DNA of 63,049 nucleotides, filler included, from Collodictyon triciliatum (Eukaryota): NCBI GenBank assembly GCA_043381765.1. It is 15 parts of 15 records of this genome, joined end to end, with 100 filler letters (N's around TTAATTAATTAA, not from the genome) between each part and the next. Parts side by side here need not be neighbours in the genome. Positions count along the whole stretch, not along the records: positions 37,924 to 42,033 come from JBHJMP010006494.1; positions 42,134 to 46,240 come from JBHJMP010006495.1; positions 46,341 to 50,443 come from JBHJMP010006496.1; positions 50,544 to 54,644 come from JBHJMP010006497.1; 11 more parts are not named here. The stretch is one strand, 5' to 3'. The notes under the pieces are model-generated. The model had not been told where the DNA came from and did not search any database. It saw nothing but the letters and a program-made list of their open reading frames with translations. Both the position numbers and the translations under genes were made by a program. Shown here piece after piece: positions 38,466 to 50,758 of this stretch. Positions within the stretch are counted from its first letter, which is position 1. The number at the start of each line of letters is the position of its first letter.

Positions 38466-40711
38466 ATGAGAAACATGTTCACCCGAGAAGAGCTAGAGAT
38501 CCTTTCCCGCAGAGAGCTCCAGAAGCTTGCCAAAGATAATCAGATCCGCGCCAACGAAAAGGTGAGAAATCTTCTTCTCCCCTGCAGTCTTCTGCTCTGT
38601 GCTCTTCTAACGAAGGGAACAGAATCCTCCGAGCACTCTTCAGACTGGGAGTTGACTCTTTGCAACCCTCCAATTGGATGTCTACCCTTAGAGTCTGTTT
38701 GCAAACCCGACACGCAAAGTGTTGCTCATCTTCTGCCTTATCTTGCTTATTGGTCAACCGACGGCTAGAGGCTAAAATACCATCCCGCTACACTCCTTAG
38801 AGCTCTACCATCATCGACGGACTGCTTGCTATACAAGCGACGCACCAAACTGAGGGTTCCGAGCCTGTCGATTCGGCAATAATCAGCCAGGTATCATGAA
38901 ATCAATCACACCGTTCCCACTCAAGACTTAGCGAGAAAATAAAGTCAAACAAAGCAGTGTATAACACATGATCCTGAGGCACAAAACCTACGACCTCCTT
39001 CTGGACTATTAATCACGGTTGCAACCGCTCTCTCTTCTTTCATATTTTTTCATAGTCTTCCACTATGACCCCAGGCAGTTGTGAAACTCTTCAGACCCCG
39101 GTGGCCGAAGTGCCCAGGTAATTATATGTTCCTTGACGAACACAATCCGTGTGTTTTTCTTTCCTCGCAGATATAACTCCTAAAGCACGCTATTTTACTT
39201 CATGAGACTTATGATTTCATGACATTAAGTTTGTAGAATGCACGAACGCCCATTGTTCTGGATTCAAGGAAGACTAATAGCAACTCATATTTGTGTATTT
39301 TTCTTTATAACTATTCTCTCGGGGTTATCAGTGAGTCTGTTGCTGAGGCCATGAACTCTCCGTTGGTAGAGTCCTGCATTCAAGGAATGCAATCAATGAA
39401 CCTGGAAGTGGACGAGCCAAACTCGCTTATTGTACGTGCAATATCTATGCTCAAATAACCCACTGATTCCCAGTCCACATATCCGAAAGAAAAAAAGATG
39501 GTTGTCTCATAATATCGTTTCAACTAGCCGCACACTGTTTGTTGAATAATATCACTCATTCTTATCGCTGTTTGGTGCCATAACATATAAGCGCTCTTGA
39601 AGCACCACATGACATAATTGCAACATCATTTATCAAAGTCATCGTTTTCACGGCCATAGATCTGCCAAAATCTCAGCAGGGACTCCCACGTAGCTGCTGA
39701 TTTGTCCATGAAGGAGAAACTGTAAGTCCACAACCTTTCAATGACAAGCAACATACAGTCGTTTAATTATGAAATACCGGATGTTTTCAACGGGAGAATA
39801 CTGTGATGCACACCTATACTATTCAATTTCTCTACAAAGTAAATAGCTTTGAGATATGTGTAATTGATTGGGGTGGTTGATGGTCTTAATAAATCGTCAA
39901 TTTACTGAAGGTCCGCCTTGCCAACTCTGATATCTTCCGATGAGGGAGCGGACTTGAATGGAGACCAGGCTTTGCACAGCGCTGTTGAGAACGGCTCGGG
40001 GAATGAAGAGGCACCAGCAGCCAAAGAGGTCGTAGTGGCCGAGTATCGCCATCGCAATCTCTCTAAGGTACCCCTTCAAGTTTTGCCTTCATTTGAATCC
40101 TCATAATACTACCGGCATTCCCGGTCTCTGAAGGTCTTGTCATATACAATTGGATACGAAGTATTCTGTTCATCTTCACAGGGCCTTAATTTTACTTTCT
40201 CACCATCTCACCTTTCTTACAAATAGGAATCTGCCCAAAAAGTTCGGGAATTCTTCCGATTGAAGAACGACATCAGGAGGGGCGTGTACCGACCAAAGCC
40301 ACGAGGTTTTATACATCCTATCCGTTCTTTGCGGATTGCCTGAATTTTATGCGATAGGGACATTTTTTTTTTGACGCATACCTTGCCTAACCGGTCCTCA
40401 ACAGACCCTGATTTCGTCCCGCACGCCGCACCAAGGTCAAAAGCCCACACACCCGCAGTGTTGGACTCAAAAGAGAATTACGGTGGGCACCTTAGTTTCA
40501 TAGCACACAAGCTTCTGATAGTTTCGACCACCTTACAAGCATCTTATATCCGTTTCCAGTTGCACACTTGTCGTAATTATAACCCGATGCACTTTACTAT
40601 CCCCAGGTCACAACGAATCCAACCCCGCCACACTGGAAGCGTAAAAAGGGAATAGAAGCTGGTGCGGGTGTCTCAACCCGAAGTTCTCTAAGCCATCTTA
40701 AACCCACCATG
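38466..40711 (+). CDS. Multi-exon protein with an N-terminal SAP/HeH-like motif (NuSAP-like N-terminus); 3' end uncertain
   Basis: FTREELEILSRRELQKLAKDNQIRANEK|SSTIIDGLL spans a GT-AG intron, followed by short low-complexity exons. Confidence 0.55.
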
Positions 40712-41861
40712 GTATGTATGTGGACCTGTTTGATAGCCATCATACTATATACTCGCATATTCCGTTTGGAGAAGGGGTTAAATCACGGTTTCTCCCATAC
40801 AGCAAATCTTTCTGTGGCAAACTACTCTTGCTCATGCCTCTACCACCACAGAACGCACACGTACCATCGCAGTTCAAAAACGCGCCACCTCTCTTTCTCT
40901 TTCTCTACTCTTTCACTTTCTTTTCTTGCCGAGCCGTGCGGCGACACTCATTCCTCTTCTCAACCAACACATCACCCCACGTCGCGTAGCACTTGTAGAG
41001 ATGATTTGTGCCCGAGATGTCCGTTGTTTTCTTTCTCCTCGATACACCAATCTGTTCCATAAACACACAAACCTTCTTGGCTGGCATTACGACTTCAGGA
41101 AAGGTATTCACGAGCGTGAAAAAGGCCGGAGACGAAACATCTCGTTCTGTTATTGTGCGTGGGAAGAACATCGCAACGAGCTCAGCGCAACAGCCGCAAC
41201 AGAATCGCGTGTAACAAACTATATTTTCCACATTATCGAAGCAAATCTGGAATATACCGAATCGAAAGCAGACAACACTTTTTTCACGATGGATCAGGCT
41301 TGCCATCGTCCCATGTTTCGGCTGGAAGATGCCCGAGTTGCGGCGAACTCGAGGGGCTGTGTCAACCAGCACACAGAGAGGAGGAAAGAGTCAAAGAAAA
41401 AGAAGAACAAGAAGAAGAAGAAAAAAGAAAATCCTACAAAAATACGAGAAAGAGGGTTTTGTGAGGCACGCTTTTAAACATATCCCATTACGCAAACATT
41501 TTGGAGTCTGTCGAGAGGTTTACTTACTCGCGTGCGAATCTTCGTCTGCAGGCGTAGCACGACATGTTCCTTAGGCCCTTCCAAAGGTTTGTGACCACAG
41601 ATCATCCATGTTCCAGGCAGAACTAGTGCTCTCTTTTTTCCATTTCTTCCTTTTAGGAATGAAATGCCGTGGAGCAATTACTCGTGTCATTGTGGCTGCT
41701 GTGGAAAAGCTGACTTTATTTTTTCCCTGTCTTTACTGCAGTCAACTGCATCAATTTTAGCTTTTTTAAACTGCTATGATTATGCATAGACTCCTTCAGA
41801 CTGGAGCCACTGCTGTAAATACTGTTGCAAGCAACTCATCGCTGCTGGTTGGGAATTAAAA

Positions 41862-41952
<91 letters not shown>

Positions 41953-43862
41953 ATACATCAATAAATCAATAAATCAATAAATCAATAAATCAATAAATCA
42001 ATAAATCAATAAATCAATAAATCAATAAATCAANNNNNNNNNNNNNNNNNNNNNNNNNNNNNNNNNNNNNNNNNNNNTTAATTAATTAANNNNNNNNNNN
42101 NNNNNNNNNNNNNNNNNNNNNNNNNNNNNNNNNCATTTATTAAAACTCAAAGAGAAGCGAATAAAACTGGGGTTTAAAAAAGAAAAATTAACACAAATCC
42201 TTTGGACATAGTTTGCGGATTTTGTTTTTTTTTTTTTCTTGTTTTTGTTTTCACCAATCCGGAAAAGAGACCGAAGAATACTACTTGTCCATATCATAAT
42301 TGGTATCATTACATTGAAACTTAAATTGGATATAGTCCCCGTCTTAATTGTACGGTATTTTTATGTGGAACACATATATATTTTTGCAATACACTTAAAC
42401 AGATAATGATGAATTTACAGACTATTTGAATGCTTAATTGTTTGGTCGTTGTACAGCGCGATAATATTCTAACCCCTACCCAGAAATTTTTGATCTATTA
42501 TTTTCCACACGATGCGAACAAACGGTGATCACACTGACAGAGAGACAAGGTTGAGAGGGGCAATAAGAAAAAACACAATTAATAAGAAAAAAAGTCCCCT
42601 TTGCTGAGAAACAAGCATGCTAGGAGAGAAAAAGGAGAATTGTGTGGAAAATAATATAATATTTCACTGGGGTTCTTTCCAACTTCTTCAAACCCGCCGC
42701 ATTCCGAAGCCCGAAAAAAACAAAAAGCAAGCGATCGGAATGAGGGATCCCGAGAAGGACGAGACCGCCTACCAGGAGACCGACGCCATGGAATGCCTAC
42801 TGATCGTACGCAAACCTGGAAGGCCAACGCAGCCAATGCAGAGAGCTAAAAGGTTACTTTACCACATCTCTTTACCACACAGGGCATGCACCGAGACGCA
42901 CCGACGATCAGGACGCCAGCTGGCTCTGACCCGTGAGTACAACAACCTATTAATGAGACAGGGCGAGCTCTTTGAAACAAATAATAAAAGGGGGAAAAAA
43001 AAAAAAGCCGATCGAGCTCTAGCCATCGATCCACGGGCAGCAAGGTAAGTATGAATGTATTGTTCAGCATTAGTTGCTCTGATTAATTCATCCGTTTCTT
43101 TTTTCTTCCTTTTTTCTTTCTCTTTTCTATTTCCTTTTCTTCGGTCTCATTCAGCCTGTAAATGGATAAACTTCATCACAAAGGTTGTGACGAACTTGGT
43201 TTTATCCCTTTCAATCCACAACACTTTTTACACATCAAAAGTGTACCCACGTGCATATAGCAGTTTATTGCACAGACAACCATCAAATTAAATCTGGATT
43301 GACGAAAGCATGAGCTTTGATGAATCCAAGAAAAAACCTGAATAATATAGTAGTATAATAAATATGTATAATAAGATTAAAAATACTTAATTATCTCAAT
43401 TCTATTCCTGTAATCAGCTTATATTTTATTTTCCATTATGCAATATTATATTCAGAAAGTTCAAAAATTACAAACAAGTCCTTGCCTTGGCCCAGACAGA
43501 ATCCACCCTATAAACCTGCCACCAAACATGCATTTCAAAAAAGCATACTATCCACACTTGCGGTGGTAACCATGTTGTTTAGGGCCGATATGTAGACTTT
43601 CAGTCACAATGGCTATACGACCGTCCTTTCGAACTCGCCGAATCGGCCCTCAGCGTTTTGTCTAAATCACTTATGAAAAAACTTTGTGTGTTTGTTTGCC
43701 ACAATGTGCACATTTTGAAAGTCTCAGTAAATGCTTAATTTTACATAAATTGATTTTGTACAGCTTTTTTTTTTAATTTAAATTGACTGATTGACTAAAA
43801 ATTTTATTAAAATTGAAAACTCGGTAGTTTTCTAAAGGAAATAGTAAAACAAAGACTTTCAG

Positions 43863-45740
43863 GTGAAGAAAATATACCGTCTTGAGTCTGAGAATTCAGA
43901 GTCTGTAAAACCAGACAATTGAAATTTGAAAACATATCTAATGTCGATTGTAAAGAATGCGGATGACTTTTACAAAACCAACGATATGGTTGTATTGTGT
44001 CATAATTTGGTTACCGACACTTATCTGTTTGCAAGATGTTACATATTGAAAACACAACAAGTCACAACAATCGATGAAAAAAAATTTTTGGACGCTTTGA
44101 AGACAATCGGAATAGTTTTGCAAGATAGACCCGCAAGATTAAACCATCCAGAAATGAGAGATGACATGATGACTTTTTATCTCGATGATTTTCGATTCCT
44201 TCTGTCCCGAGAAGATCGCTTTCCGTTGGTTGGACTTTCTCTTGCTCTGCCGTACTTGGCGAAGCAAATGTTTACAGCTTAACACAATAACACTAAGGAA
44301 CATTTTGTAAAGAGGTACTGCGCTTCATAAATCAAAATTTCCTAAAGATGAGAGGATATTGCGGAAGCTATTAAAAAGGCAGAGTTACGAAAGTTAAAAA
44401 AAGCCATCTCCAAGAAACTCGAAATACCAGACTTATATAGTGAATGGGCTAGAACGCATTTGCATCGTATCATTCCCAGCGATATTGTAAATGGTATCGA
44501 ATATGACGCCAAAGTCAACCCAAATAAGTACATCCCGTGTCTGATTTACATGAATCGCATTTTTGAGGACATTGGACACAAGCTGCTTCAACCAATTTCT
44601 ATAAGAACTTACAATATACCATGTCATATTTCTCTAGATACTGCATATTTGGTAGGTATATTAGTAGTATCATCTGGAAAAACATTATTACTGAAGAATA
44701 TATCAGAGTGCTAAGGTAGACTATGGGATAAGTTCTTTGAAATGAAGAAGAGGGTCTTTCATCAAAGAGACTACAATTTTAAATACATGATACAAACAGA
44801 CGGCTTGGCGGTGTCATTATTGTTTGAAAAGGTATTTCAAATTCAAAATTCAAAATGTAATATAAAAAACCCCAAAAATGTTTATATGGATGAAGTTTCC
44901 GAAGAGCAGTTATCTTTATTAGCGGCAAAAAAATAGTAGTTTGAGAGAATGTTGGCAAGTTTAATATGGTTTAGATGGTGGATGAGACAGGTAAGAAATT
45001 ATGTTACACGGCATACCGAAGAAGACATGATAGCAAATCTCTTAAAAATCACAAAGTAATCTTGCGCGAGAGATAAAAAGTACATTGCTTCAGGGATATG
45101 TATGGCAACAGGTTTACAAAGTGCTATTTCTTTTGGTCACAGGACTTTTGAAGAGAATCAGCAGCTTGAGACATCAAGAATATCTTTAATCGATTTAGAG
45201 ACAGAATTGAGTAAACATAATTCATGCACGGTCGATTATGAAAAATTTCGAGAATATGTATCTATGAAATCAAGATACCAGATAGAATTACCCAGATTTT
45301 ATGTACAAGGAACTTTTCGAAAGATGAGGTGTGACAGTATGTTAATAAAAAAAAAAGTGGAGAATTGTTTATGGACCGAATCGAAAAGACATTTGGCAAG
45401 GATGTTGTACTGGCCTATAGATACTGGAGCAGAAAATCTCCGATGAGACATTTTATGCCAACAATTGGAAGAGGATTACGAAAAATACTATCCAAACGTT
45501 TTGAAACAGTTATTGTGAATGAATTTAGAACCTTCAAGATGTACTGTATCTGCGAAAAAGAACTGGAATATATGACACTGAAAGGAAATACAAAATAGGT
45601 GTATAGAGTCTCATATGTAAAGAATGCAATCGCTCAGAAAGCAAAAAAAAAAGTGTATTCTTGACAAGGGACTTTAACAGCGCCAATAATATACTCAAGA
45701 AAGTTCGTTTAATCATTCAAAAAATGCACACACCTTCCTC
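43863..45740 (+). pseudogene. Fanzor1 (eukaryotic TnpB-derived RuvC RNA-guided endonuclease), near full length, with multiple stops and frameshifts and no introns
   Basis: Ordered motifs: KTYLMSI; YLAKQMFTA*HNNTKEHF; YDAKVNPNKY..YMN; IPCHISLDT; IQTDGLAVSLLF (~44790); decayed RuvC-I IVV*ENVGKFNMV; LSKHNSCTVDYEKF..FY..FRK; YWS..MPTIGRGLR..VNEFRT (RuvC-II, ~45520); Zn-finger remnants YCIC/CKEC; RDFNSANNI (RuvC-III, ~45667). Confidence 0.9.
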
Positions 45741-45749
45741 TAAAAAACA

Positions 45750-45875
45750 GGCTGTCGGGTCTCACCCTGGCAACCTTCACCACTACACAATCTTTGTGAA
45801 AAAAGTGGCGAGACCTTGGATACTAGCGCACCAGGTTTACCAAACTTTCGATGGTGTACCCCTTTTAGTACTGAA
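45750..45875 (+). ncRNA. Candidate Fanzor omega-RNA scaffold
   Basis: Lies just 3' of RuvC-III. Stems TTCACCACT/AGTGGCGAG enclosing CACAA/TTGTG, alternative GGTCTCACC/GGCGAGACC, and TACTA..GCACCA/TGGTGT..TAGTA. Identity is inferred from position. Confidence 0.45.
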
Positions 45876-46551
45876 TGAAATTTGCATGCCCTTTGTGAAT
45901 AAGAAGGATCAAGCCAAAGGGGAGACATTTTGGGGAGGCGCGACAACAAAACTTGTGTGTGGATACCCTGTTATAAGCGCAATGGCTGTGGAGGTTCCGG
46001 CTCGTTGGAGCAGCCCAAGCAGACTGCAGTGTGACAGTTTCTGTTTTGCGGAGAACTTTGCCGGTCCGATACCCCGTTGCTTTTTACATGTTTTATGGTA
46101 TTTTTTGGTTTTTATTTTATTTTGTTTTATTTTGTTTTGTTTTATTTTGTTTTATTTTATTTTGTTTTATTTTATTTTGTTTTATTTTATTTTGTTTTAT
46201 TTTATTTTGTTTTATTTTATTTTGTTTTATTTTATTTTGTNNNNNNNNNNNNNNNNNNNNNNNNNNNNNNNNNNNNNNNNNNNNTTAATTAATTAANNNN
46301 NNNNNNNNNNNNNNNNNNNNNNNNNNNNNNNNNNNNNNNNTTTTGTCTTTTTTTTTGTCTTTTTTCTTTGTCTTTTTTTTCTTTGTCTTTTTTTTCTTTG
46401 TCTTTTTTCTTCGCCATTGAATTTTGCACACGACAGATCCAGTGCCGAGAAATGGATATCAAATATGGCATTCAAAAAAATATAATTAACTAATATAATT
46501 GACCACCACAGATGGCTTGAAAATCAGTCAAAAAATCAAAGAAAATTAGAA

Positions 46552-47830
46552 ATGTTTGCTGACATCATTGGTGATTCTGCAAAAAAGCCTGGTAGTAATA
46601 ATAATTGCGAAAGTAATAGCAATACCGTCATCATGAATCCATTTAAATCACCTTATGAAAACTTTATCAAATTTACTGTTTTGATTGGTGATTGCAGATA
46701 CCAAGAAACCTGCTCCTAGGTTGACAAAGAAGAGCGTTCCATTGCTGGTAAGCATGCATTTCCATCTATTTGTAGTTGTTTGTTGTTGCATTTGATAATT
46801 ATAATGAAATGAAGTGGTAATCTTCAGTAAAGTCTATATGGTCCTTCTGTCAAACAAATTAGTTTCGGAAGATATTCGGATATTTTATCATCTTTTTTTT
46901 TTTATCGAGAACTCCTCCACCCTGGAAGAAATAAATGAAAACAATTTCGCAGAGAGCGAACGAACGAAGGGGGATATATACAAATGAAAGAGAAATAGAA
47001 AGGAAATATATTTAGTCACAACCTACAAATTTTCCAGATTGTTTGTTGTGATAAAAAGAAGAAAACTGTGTGCGTGGGCATGTAGTTCCTAACTGATAAA
47101 ATAACCATATATATCTAATGTCCTCGTTCTTTTTTCTTTACTTTTCCCTCCCCCGAATCAAGGGAGAAGGCATGAGGGACAGCGACAGTGAAAAGTCCGA
47201 GACTCCGATGGACGAAAACACCTTTGTAAGCACACCCGAATACCATAGCCACATACTGATAAGTGCATTGGAAAGACTTTGTGGGACAATACAAACTCGA
47301 CAATGTCTTGCGATTTCAGCAAAGGGAAAGAGCGATAACCAAGCATCCACGATTATTCATTTGACAGATGGCCCGCAACGAAATCGACGATGTCTTTCGG
47401 AAGAGGCCCGCTCAGGGAAGCACCGTACGCACGCACATCAAATCACATCAAATCACATCAAATCACATCAAATCACATCAAATCACATCAAATCACATGA
47501 GCCTCATAAATCAACACGCACCGACCCCAGAGGGAGACCAAGCCCCCACCCAAAACCCCTGCCGCCACCAGCACTGACGTCCCGGCGGCCGAGCCGACTG
47601 CAGAGGGCAAAAAGAAGAAAAAAGAGAAAGCGTCCAAGGCCCCGAAGCCAAACGCAGCCGACTCATCACTAGCGACCATCATGGATGCCATCGCCGGAGG
47701 CAAGAAGAAGAAATCTGCCGGGGCGTCCGACAACAAGCCCCACGTCGCAGCAGGCAGCGCAAAGAGGCCATCCTCGAGCATCGGAGAGGCGCCGAAAAAG
47801 AAGCCCCGCAAAGTCTTCTCGATGCTATAA
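46552..47830 (+). CDS. Hypothetical Lys-rich multi-exon protein (possibly 5' partial)
   Basis: Spliced exons ..KKPAPRLTKKSVPLL and MARNEIDDVFRKRP, and a last exon AEGKKKKKEK..APKKKPRKVFSML with a stop at 47830. Confidence 0.5.
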
Positions 47831-47928
47831 ACGCAGCCCCGCTCGCCGCAGCAGCGATGGCAAACACAGACATGAGGCTCAAGCGCAGCGGGACACAAGA
47901 GACTTTGCCCAGACTCGTGCGGGAGCGT

Positions 47929-48698
47929 TTAGAGGGAAAGGCCGAGGTTCTTTGCGGCAAACTCCCAGTTGACGAGAGACCACCAGGCGTTGAGGTAGTT
48001 GGCGCGGGCATTGCGGTAGTCGATGTAGTAGGCGTGTTCCCAGACATCAACGACAATCGCGGGGACGGCGCCGTCGCGCAGGGGGCACCCGGCATCGTGG
48101 CTCGAGACAACCTCCAGTTTGCCGGCGGCGTTGCGCACAAGCCAGGCCCAGCCCGAGCCGAAGTGTGTGGTGGCGGCGGCAGAGAACTTGTCCTTGAAGG
48201 CCTCGTAGCTGCCAAAGTCGGCGACAATTGCGTCCAGAAGAGCCCCGGTCGGCTGGGACGCAAGGAGAGAGGAGAGAGAAAGAGAGAAGGAGAGTTAGAG
48301 TCCTAACGCACAACAGGCTCAAGAAAGACAGTTTTGCAGGGTGCGGAATCGAACGCTGGAAGGCTTTGGCTTCAGAAAGGGCGAGGGAAAAGAAAAAAGC
48401 GAGTCGCGTGGGAGGAGATCGACGCACGCACCAGGCCGCCGCCGTTGGGCTTGAGCGAGTTCCAGTAGAAGGTGTGGTTCCAGATCTGGGCAGCGTTGTT
48501 GAAGACGGGACCCGGGGCCTGGGTGGCGATCAGCTCCTCAAGGGTCTTGCCCTCCAGATCGGAGCCGGCAACGAGCTTGTTGAGGTTGGTCACGTATGTC
48601 TGGTGGTGCTTGCCGTAGTGGAAGTCCAGAGTCTCGGCGGAGATGTGGGGCGCAAGGGCGTCCTTGGCGTAGGGCAGGGCGGGGAGTTCGTGGACCAT
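47929..48698 (-). CDS. sodB: Iron superoxide dismutase; exons 48698-48432 and 48252-47929
   Basis: [46 protein letters not shown] (Fe-type AAQ), FGSGWAWL and [11 protein letters not shown]. One GT-AG intron. Confidence 0.96.
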
Positions 48699-50333
48699 TG
48701 CGGGTGTCTGGTGGGGCGGCTTGTCGTGAGTGTTTGGAAGGGATCTCCCAGTTGCAAATAATTCAAATCTGTATGTAATATTCTGCCGTTCACTGGTTTC
48801 GTGGTGAGTAATTCGTTTCTTTCGTCCCTCTTCCTTTTCTTTTTCTTTTTTTTTTTTTTTGCTTTTTTTCCTGCTTTTTTCTTTTTTTTTTTTTTTTTTT
48901 TGGAATTCTTTTCCTTTGGTTCGTTGGTTGATGATTTACATCTGTTTTATCTATTCGTTTTTCATGCTATAAAGTGAGCAGTGCGAGTCGGTGTTAGTAT
49001 TGCACTTGTGAGCGGATTCGTTTCCTTGTGTCCCACGCGCTAGACAATCGGCACCTTCTTGGGGTTCTCGCGGAGGCGGTGTGCGGTTCGTGGGCAAGCA
49101 GGAGAGACGCACTTCTCATGATCCGATCGATCTGTTCCACGGCCAGACAAAGCTATATGAAAGGGCGTTGGGAATGTGATTTTATCCTCGTGCTAGTAAT
49201 GGATATGTTCTGCAATCAGTTGATTACGACCTAATATGTGAATATTAGCGCGGCTTAGCTACAATTAGGTGATATAGAACTAAATAGTGAATGTTAGCCC
49301 CGAGCGGCAGGCATGTCTCTATCTAATCCGAGCCTAGCGGCGACTGTGTGAAAGAAGCCACGTTCTAGAAGGCGGCTTCTCTACACACGATATATGGGAT
49401 ATTAATAAATTATAATTATTATATATGCAATGTGTTTTGGTGGTTTCAGAAGCAAAAATAGTATAAATATAATATATTAATATAAATTCCAAAAATATTC
49501 CAAGCTTCATTTAGGGCGCTGGACTATACTAGGCGGCCGCTTTGATAAACTTACACCAAGCCCCAGGAGCATACAAATCGAACCGATATGTTGCAAGAAG
49601 CTGAAAGTTAGAATAAAAATTGAATCTAGAGAGGACCACTAACCATCTTAGGTCCTATCTCATGTCATTATTTGTTATCCCAATCACAGCTGACATCTTA
49701 ATGGAGCGCTGAAACAAAAGTATTTGTTTCCTTTGATCTTTTCTTTTTCAAAGATAGCCCTCCTTGATGAGATTCCGAAAATCTAGGAAAGAAGAGAATG
49801 GACTAAAGAAAGGAAAAAAAGGGGGATAATTCAATTGAAATACGAAATCCTTTTTGATTGTGGGCGTATAGATAGATGACGTGGTGGGCTAGTAGAGAGA
49901 AAACAAGCAGCCGATTTCTAACCCCCATGAGTGTGTCCGATTTACCCTCTAGTGTCGCTTTGTGGATGGGTTTATAATGATTGCTCCCTGGATTATCGGC
50001 CAGATTGTGATGACCTTCCTCAACATCTGTCGTTTGCGTGCTGAGGTACCTCCGAGCCGCATCCTTTACTACATGAGAATATGGGTGTATATACCATCCC
50101 TCGAGACCTTGAGATTCCGAAGCAAGTCTGCCTGTCCGCAAACTGACCATTCGCACCAATGGCGGCTGAATCTCGAGCCGTCGGGTAGAGTTTGGTAACT
50201 AAATGAAAGTGTTATGTGTTCGACCCTGTAACACCCTCTATTTGAATTTGGAAAAAAAGATATAATATATATTTATAGATATATATAAAATAATATCCAT
50301 AACATAGTATTAAATAATATTAATTATTTTAAT

Positions 50334-50375
50334 TGATATCAATATATACTTAATATTAAGTATATATTGATATCA
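50334..50375. repeat. Perfect 42-bp palindrome
   Basis: TGATATCAATATATACTTAATATTAAGTATATATTGATATCA equals its own reverse complement. Confidence 0.95.
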
Positions 50376-50758
50376 CTTTAACCCTGCAATCTCGAAATTT
50401 CTCCCGGAAACCGTTCGCTGATACTATATTTGGTATGTATCGGNNNNNNNNNNNNNNNNNNNNNNNNNNNNNNNNNNNNNNNNNNNNTTAATTAATTAAN
50501 NNNNNNNNNNNNNNNNNNNNNNNNNNNNNNNNNNNNNNNNNNNATGAGAATGAGAATGAGAATGAGAATGAGAATGAGAATGAGAATGAGAATGAGAATG
50601 AGAATGAGAATGAGAATGAGAATGAGAATGAGAATGAGAATGAGAAATAATGAAGTAGGCAGGTACTGCTTTGTTTAAAGTTCTTCATACAGTCACCTTT
50701 CGCATCTACAATATAGTCTTTTAATATTTATCGCTTTCATGCAATATATAGAGATTCG

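Noticed and set aside
43726-45873. CAGTA...TACTG as Fanzor element TIRs
   Set aside because: Only 5 bp long with no matching TSD, so it is expected by chance.
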